A stretch of DNA of 64,000 nucleotides from Nitrospirota bacterium. Its GTDB lineage: Bacteria > Nitrospirota > UBA9217. Of this stretch, positions 58,848 through 64,000 are shown piece after piece (within the stretch, counting starts at the first letter, position 1; each line of letters starts with the position of its first letter). Both the position numbers and the translations under genes were made by a program. The notes under the pieces were generated by a model. The model saw nothing but the letters and a program-made list of their open reading frames with translations, ran no database searches and had not been told where the DNA came from. The stretch covers positions 320,001-384,000 of the forward strand of contig CAVUCU010000001.1 of NCBI GenBank assembly GCA_963740085.1, read 5' to 3'.

Positions 58848-60176
58848 TTACACGACCTCCAGTGAGAATTTCTTCATCAGCGCGAGTCCGGCATCAAGGG
58901 TTTCCGCCACCGTTCGCCTTGTTCCGCCCTGGCCCACGAACTCTTTTTCAAACGTGTCGGCAAAGTCGAGCATCAGGATGTCCGCTTTGGTCATACCGTC
59001 ACGGCCCACGATGGCCTCAAGCCTGCGCAGGTCCCGTCCCTTTGCGTAGTATTTATAGAGATGGTTCGAGACCTGCCGGTGATCGGCCCGCGTCCGGCCT
59101 TCGCCGATGCCTTTCTGCATGAGCCGCGACAGGCTCGGCAGAACGTCCACGGGCGGGAAGATCCCCTTCTGGTGAAGCTCGCGGGAAAGCACGATCTGGC
59201 CTTCGGTGATATACCCCGTCAGGTCCGGGATGGGATGGGTGATGTCGTCCTCGGGCATGGTCACGACCGGCAGCATCGTCACCGAACCCTCGCGGCCGTA
59301 GATCCGTCCCGCGCGCTCGTACAGCGACGCCAGGTCCGAGTACATGTAGCCGGGGTACCCGCGCCTGCCGGGAAGCTCCTCCCGTGCGGTCGAAATCTCA
59401 CGCAGGGCATCGCAGTAGTTCGTCATGTCGGTGATGATCACGAGGATGTCCATGCCCTTTTCAAAGGCGAGATATTCCGCCACGGTCAGCGCGAACCGCG
59501 GCGCCAGCAACCGCTCCATCACCGGCTCGTCAGCCATGTTCACGAAGGCCACAAAGCCCGTCCGCATCTCTTCAAGCGTTTTCAGGTAGAAGGAATATTC
59601 ATGAAAGGTGAGGCCCAGGGCGGCAAAGACCACAATGAACTTTTTTGAGCTGCCGGCAAGGTGCGCGTTCCTCAGGATGGAGGCGACAACCTCCTTGGAC
59701 GGCAGTCCCGCGCAGGAGAAGACAGGCAGCTTCTGTCCGCGCACGAGCGTATTCAAACCATCGATGGTGGAAAAGCCGGTCTCAATGAAATCCTGCGGCC
59801 GGGCACGGGCAGCGGGATTGATCGGCGCGCCGGTGATCGGCATGCGTTTCTCCGGGATGAACATCGGGATGCCGTCCTTGGGCTCACAAGATCCGTTGAA
59901 GATCCTTCCTACGATGTCCGGCGAAAGGGGGACCTTCTTGACGGCATCGACAAAAGAGACCGTCGTGTGTTCTATGTCCAGTCCCTGCGTAGCGCCATAC
60001 ACCTCGATCAACGCCGTATCGCCGTCGATCTCGAGGACCTCGGCCTCCAGATGCCGGTTATCCGGGGTATGGATGGTGACCATTTCGCCGATCCTGGCGC
60101 TCTGAACGTTCTGCACAAACAAGAGCGGACCGGCTATCGTGGAAATGGTCTGGTATAGGTGTTCGGAAAGACGCAT
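58848..60176 (-). CDS. atpB: V/A-type ATP synthase subunit B
   Basis: GQKLP.FS, TDMTNYC.ALRE, PGRRGYPGYMY and THPIPDLTGYITEGQ motifs. Confidence 0.95.
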   Translation of the reverse strand: MRLSEHLYQTISTIAGPLLFVQNVQSARIGEMVTIHTPDNRHLEAEVLEIDGDTALIEVYGATQGLDIEHTTVSFVDAVKKVPLSPDIVGRIFNGSCEPKDGIPMFIPEKRMPITGAPINPAARARPQDFIETGFSTIDGLNTLVRGQKLPVFSCAGLPSKEVVASILRNAHLAGSSKKFIVVFAALGLTFHEYSFYLKTLEEMRTGFVAFVNMADEPVMERLLAPRFALTVAEYLAFEKGMDILVIITDMTNYCDALREISTAREELPGRRGYPGYMYSDLASLYERAGRIYGREGSVTMLPVVTMPEDDITHPIPDLTGYITEGQIVLSRELHQKGIFPPVDVLPSLSRLMQKGIGEGRTRADHRQVSNHLYKYYAKGRDLRRLEAIVGRDGMTKADILMLDFADTFEKEFVGQGGTRRTVAETLDAGLALMKKFSLEVV

Positions 60177-60210
60177 ACTCGCAAGCTCCGAATTGCAGTA
60201 TCTATGATCT

Positions 60211-60324
60211 ACCGCGGAGGCGCGGAGACGCGGAGAAATTCAAATTTAAAAATAATCACGATTCTCTCTGCGCGTTTGCCTAAGTGGCCGCTTTTCTTTT
60301 GAAGGCTACTGCGTCTCAGCGGTT
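60211..60324. repeat. Paired inverted-repeat element with a secondary insert in the right arm
   Basis: accgcggaggcgcggagacgcggaga / tctctgcg...[insert within 60279-60312]...gcgtctcagcggtt. Confidence 0.8.
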
Positions 60325-60350
60325 AAGTTCGACTTATTGCATGTCCCTCA

Positions 60351-61985
60351 TTATTGATGACTTGGCTGTTGTGATTTTAATATTTCCTCCAGAGAACTCC
60401 CCTGTTTCAGTTTCTCGACGGCCTGATCATAGAAATCGAGGATGCCCTTCATGAGCGCGAGCGTCTTCTCGGGAAGAGAGAAGGCATCATCGCTGTAGGC
60501 ATTCTGCTGGAGGAACTCGGTCCGGATCCGTTCGGCCGTCCGCATCAGCAGGCGATCGGTATCCTGGAGCCCCTCGGCGCCCACGATCTCGGCGACCTCG
60601 CGAAGTGATTCCTCCTCCTGCAGGATCTGCCTGCTTCGCTGGAGCAGCACCCCCCACTCCGGTGATATCTTGGTCCGATAGTGCTCCGCCACGTCACTTG
60701 CGTAAAGGGAATAACTCTGGAACCAGTTTATCGCAGGATAATGTCTCCGGTGCGCAAGCGCGGTATCGAGCATGAGAAAGGAACCGGTCGTCCTGAGACA
60801 GGCCTGCGTGACCGGCTCGGTAAAATCGCCGCCCGGAGGCGATACCGACAAGATCATGCTGAGCGAGCCTATTTTGCCGCTCAGTGTTTCGACCACGCCC
60901 GCGCGCTCGAGAAATCCGGACAGCCGCGAGGCAAGGTAGGTCGGATAACCCTCCTCACCAGGCATCTCCTCGAGAGACGCCGATATCTCCCGCAGGGCCT
61001 CAGCCCACCGCGACAGGCTGTCCGCGAGGAACAGTACGTGATAGCCCATATCCCGGTAGTACTCTGCCATGGTGACGGCGGTATAGATCGAGGCCTCCCG
61101 CGCCGCCACGGGCATGTTCGAAGTATTGACCACCAGGACCGTCCGTTCCCGCAGCGGCCGCTTGGTCCAGGGGTCGCGCAACTCCTCGAATTCGGCGATC
61201 ATGTCCGCCATCTCGTTCCCGCGCTCGCCGCACCCCACGTAGACCACGATGTCCACATCGGAAAACTTTGCGATAGACTGCTCGAGGATCGTCTTCCCGG
61301 TGCCGAACCCGCCCGGAAAGATCGCAGTACCCCCCCGCGCGAGCGGGAAAAGAAAATCAATGCTTCGTTGGCCGGTTATGAGCGGCTGGGCAGGCGCGAA
61401 TTTCTTCCGGTAGGGCCTCGCGGTCCTCACCGGCCATTCATGACAGCCGGGGATCTCCTTACCGTCTTCAAATTCGCCGAGCGGCTCGTTCAGGCTTATG
61501 TCGCCGTCAACAATGGAGGAGACCGTTCCTCCCGCCTCTGAGCCGCACAGGAGATAATGTTTGAAAGACCCCTCTTCAACGTAACCCATAATGGTCCCGA
61601 GGGACGGCACGTCGCCTTTCTTCAAGACGGGCGTGAACCTCCAGCGCTTCATATAATCCAGCGCATACATTTCCCTGCCGCCGGTGATAAAGGGCCCCAT
61701 GACTTCCCTGAGTCGCTCCAGGGGACGCTGAAGCCCGTCGAACATACCGCCCAGGAGGCCGGGGCCCAGGCGCACCGTGAGCGGCATGCCCACACCTTTT
61801 ACCGGTTCCCCCACTGCAAGCCCGCGGGTGTCCTCATAAACCTGGATCACGGCTTTTTCTCGCTCCAGTCGCACTACTTCTCCGGTAAGCATGACATGGC
61901 CCACATACACGCGCTCGTAGAGTTTGAGCCCTTTGAGGTCCACGCTCACGGTCGGTCCTGATATCCGCTGGATCTTTCCGTTCAT
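60351..61985 (-). CDS. atpA: V/A-type ATP synthase subunit A
   Basis: PGGFGTGKT, GCGERGNE, NTSNMPVAAREAS and SPPGGDFTEPVTQ motifs. Confidence 0.96.
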   Translation of the reverse strand: MNGKIQRISGPTVSVDLKGLKLYERVYVGHVMLTGEVVRLEREKAVIQVYEDTRGLAVGEPVKGVGMPLTVRLGPGLLGGMFDGLQRPLERLREVMGPFITGGREMYALDYMKRWRFTPVLKKGDVPSLGTIMGYVEEGSFKHYLLCGSEAGGTVSSIVDGDISLNEPLGEFEDGKEIPGCHEWPVRTARPYRKKFAPAQPLITGQRSIDFLFPLARGGTAIFPGGFGTGKTILEQSIAKFSDVDIVVYVGCGERGNEMADMIAEFEELRDPWTKRPLRERTVLVVNTSNMPVAAREASIYTAVTMAEYYRDMGYHVLFLADSLSRWAEALREISASLEEMPGEEGYPTYLASRLSGFLERAGVVETLSGKIGSLSMILSVSPPGGDFTEPVTQACLRTTGSFLMLDTALAHRRHYPAINWFQSYSLYASDVAEHYRTKISPEWGVLLQRSRQILQEEESLREVAEIVGAEGLQDTDRLLMRTAERIRTEFLQQNAYSDDAFSLPEKTLALMKGILDFYDQAVEKLKQGSSLEEILKSQQPSHQ

Positions 61986-62302
61986 ATTTTTAATCTCACA
62001 TGATATCCGATCGCCCGCCTGATAAGCCGCGCAGCGTAGTCCTCAACCTCTGCCGGTGGTTTTTCGGGTGACGGGAGCACCAGCAGGATCCCCTGCCACC
62101 CCTGCTCGATCTCCCGGAGCCGCTCTTCAGGCATGCCCTGAAGCAGGCGTTCATCGATGATAATGAGCCCGGTGTCGGGCTCTGTCATGGTCTTTTTAAG
62201 TGTTTCTTCCGCGTCAACCGCTTTCACGGCATACTGGGGAACGCCGCTCAGGCTGAACCCGTACGACGCATCCGGCGGAGTTATGAAGGAGATCGTTTTC
62301 AT
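61982..62302 (-). CDS. atpF: V/A-type ATP synthase subunit F
   Basis: GFSLSGV and LIRRAIG motifs. Overlaps the subunit A start. Confidence 0.88.
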   Translation of the reverse strand: MKTISFITPPDASYGFSLSGVPQYAVKAVDAEETLKKTMTEPDTGLIIIDERLLQGMPEERLREIEQGWQGILLVLPSPEKPPAEVEDYAARLIRRAIGYHVRLKI

Positions 62303-62335
62303 AAGAAACACCTAACCCGGAACCGAAAGGGCATC

Positions 62336-62443
62336 TCTCGCAGAGCACGCGGAGGCCGCGGAGTTACGTCAAAACCTTTAAGTCTTGGTTTTAACCCAGA
62401 ATCTTTTTTAGCTTTTCTCTGCGAACTCTGCGCCTCTGCGAGA
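62336..62443. repeat. Paired inverted-repeat element (cgcagag arms)
   Basis: tctcgcagagcacgcggaggccgcggag / ctctgcgaactctgcgcctctgcgaga. Confidence 0.85.
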
Positions 62444-62493
62444 AATATTCTTTCCCTTTTGAGCAAAATTTAATTTATAATAAAAGAGTTACC

Positions 62494-63435
62494 TCACTGC
62501 ACCAGTTCAGCCGCCACCGCCTCCCGTTCAAGGTCTTTGGTATGATGCAGTATGCTCAGGTTCATCGCCTCGATCGAGCACCGCCACAGATAATCCAGAA
62601 TAGAAGCAATGCCGAAAGGGTCTCTTCCCTCTTTTCTCAGCCACCGCGTCATGCCGCGGTACAAGGCAAGCTCGATCGATGTCGGGTCCGGCCGTTCCAC
62701 GGCAACGCCGGTACATTCACGGACCAGCAGGGCCACTGCGGGGAGATCATCCTTCTTCACGATAGTGTTCAACCTCATTTCAGAGATCGTGCCACCGGCA
62801 ATGAACTCCGGCTTGACCTTGAATCCAAGCCGCAGGTATTTATACAGACCCAAGATATTCCGCGCATCGATGAGCCGGGAAAAGAACACCTTCAGAAGTT
62901 GATGGAGATCGGAGTCGATCACTACAGACAGATAGGTTCCGACAAGGCGCTGTTCAACAGCGCGCAGTCCGCCCGATTCCAGAGACTTGCCAAGCCCCGC
63001 AAATCGACCCGAGAGAGATGAGAAAAGACGTTCTATCCCGCTCACGGCGGCCGGAAGATCAGGGCTGAACAGGAGCACTTTTTTGACCTCATCAGAGAGA
63101 AGGCTCCTGTCAAGAAGCTCGTTGATCGGGCCGGTCTTCTGGTCAACGAGATGTCTGAGGCAAATCAGGATGGTCCTGAGTTCCGTGTACAGGAAAAAAG
63201 GAAAAAAGATATCCCGGAGCCCCTGGTTCATCTGCGAATGCACCCACTGGTATTCAGCCGTGAGATTTCTCCAGGCCGCGTCGGCTGTCCTGTCTGTCGG
63301 CGGCGGCTCGTACAGCGCGGGCTCGAAGAGAAGCGGCTTCCAATCCCTGATCAGCCGAGACCGTCTGCCCCTGATCCTCGACAACAGATACTCAGCGGGA
63401 TATCCGGGGTCAAGGCGTTTACTGAGTAGCTCCAT
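62494..63435 (-). CDS. atpC: V/A-type ATP synthase subunit C
   Basis: Y...RIRGR.SRL, ID..NI and Y.W....E..NL motifs. Position between E and F. Confidence 0.8.
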   Translation of the reverse strand: MELLSKRLDPGYPAEYLLSRIRGRRSRLIRDWKPLLFEPALYEPPPTDRTADAAWRNLTAEYQWVHSQMNQGLRDIFFPFFLYTELRTILICLRHLVDQKTGPINELLDRSLLSDEVKKVLLFSPDLPAAVSGIERLFSSLSGRFAGLGKSLESGGLRAVEQRLVGTYLSVVIDSDLHQLLKVFFSRLIDARNILGLYKYLRLGFKVKPEFIAGGTISEMRLNTIVKKDDLPAVALLVRECTGVAVERPDPTSIELALYRGMTRWLRKEGRDPFGIASILDYLWRCSIEAMNLSILHHTKDLEREAVAAELVQ

Positions 63436-64000
63436 CGGATATCTCCTCGTAAGCATCACTGATCAACAGCGGCAGAAGGTCCGCCCATGCCAGTTCCAGC
63501 CTCTTCTCGAAGGTGTTGATGACTCTGATCCTTCCATCCGCAATCGCCGCATCCACACCTCCCGAGATCGTCTCCTCGGGCACGATCTCCGCACCGGGAA
63601 GAAGCTTTCGGGCAAGTTCGATGTCTGCAGGATGGACCCGCACCCGCTTCCACGGGAGGGCCGGAAGTTCCCGCACAAGTTTTTCAAAGATCGCCGGATA
63701 ACCGTCATGCCTCAACTGTGCAAGCGACGCATGGACGATCGAGAACAGCCGGTCAGAGAGCCTTTTTTCCGCGGCAAGTCTGACCGCCCGCACCCGGCTT
63801 CCTGCCTCCGCGCGGGCCCGTCGGGTTTCCTCGTTCTCGGCAGCGGCAAGCTCATCAGCATAGTGCCTGCTCAATTCCGCGAGCTGTTTGACAAGGGAAG
63901 CCTCTCTGGACTCCGCTTCCTGCTCAGCGTCCTTCCGGTGAAGCCGAATACTTTCTTCACCCGCTCTTCGGAGCGACTCGATAAGCTCCCGGGAGCCCAT
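63419..64000 (-). CDS. atpE: V/A-type ATP synthase subunit E
   Basis: N-terminal coiled coil and ISGGV......I.V.NT.E.RL motif. ATG at the window edge. Confidence 0.85.
   Translation of the reverse strand: MGSRELIESLRRAGEESIRLHRKDAEQEAESREASLVKQLAELSRHYADELAAAENEETRRARAEAGSRVRAVRLAAEKRLSDRLFSIVHASLAQLRHDGYPAIFEKLVRELPALPWKRVRVHPADIELARKLLPGAEIVPEETISGGVDAAIADGRIRVINTFEKRLELAWADLLPLLISDAYEEISDGATQ

Overview
Bacterial chromosomal window of mostly GC-rich housekeeping operons. Gene content and order suggest Nitrospirota or a deltaproteobacteria-like lineage (inference). In order: partial phoU; a Burkholderia-type L-Ara4N (arn) operon; PCuAC, mtnA, gcvT and copA; a long minus-strand run (rodZ, Tgl-like TPR, pfkB, mtnP, hfq, miaA, mutL, three M16 peptidases, dut, an EF-G paralog, rseC, cimA, lysC, apgM, a NIL/MoaD/JAB/MoeB/TusA sulfur relay, hom); rpsF-ssb-rpsR; tex; a small AT-rich islet with a RAYT transposase; pyk, rbr, a PLD, OsmC; and V/A-type ATPase E-C-F-A-B-D. 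No rRNA, tRNA or CRISPR was seen. The most striking signal is intergenic. About 15 paired inverted-repeat elements are built from 8-10 nt units, and about 12 heptamer arrays (mostly paired and inverted) sit between co-oriented genes. One 8-10 nt element encloses an AT-rich GxxExxY nuclease-like gene inserted in the arn operon. Gene-less relatives, a nested copy and a shared 34-bp secondary insert point to a GxxExxY-associated REP/MITE-like system. Several single-base indels in short homopolymers are probably assembly errors.
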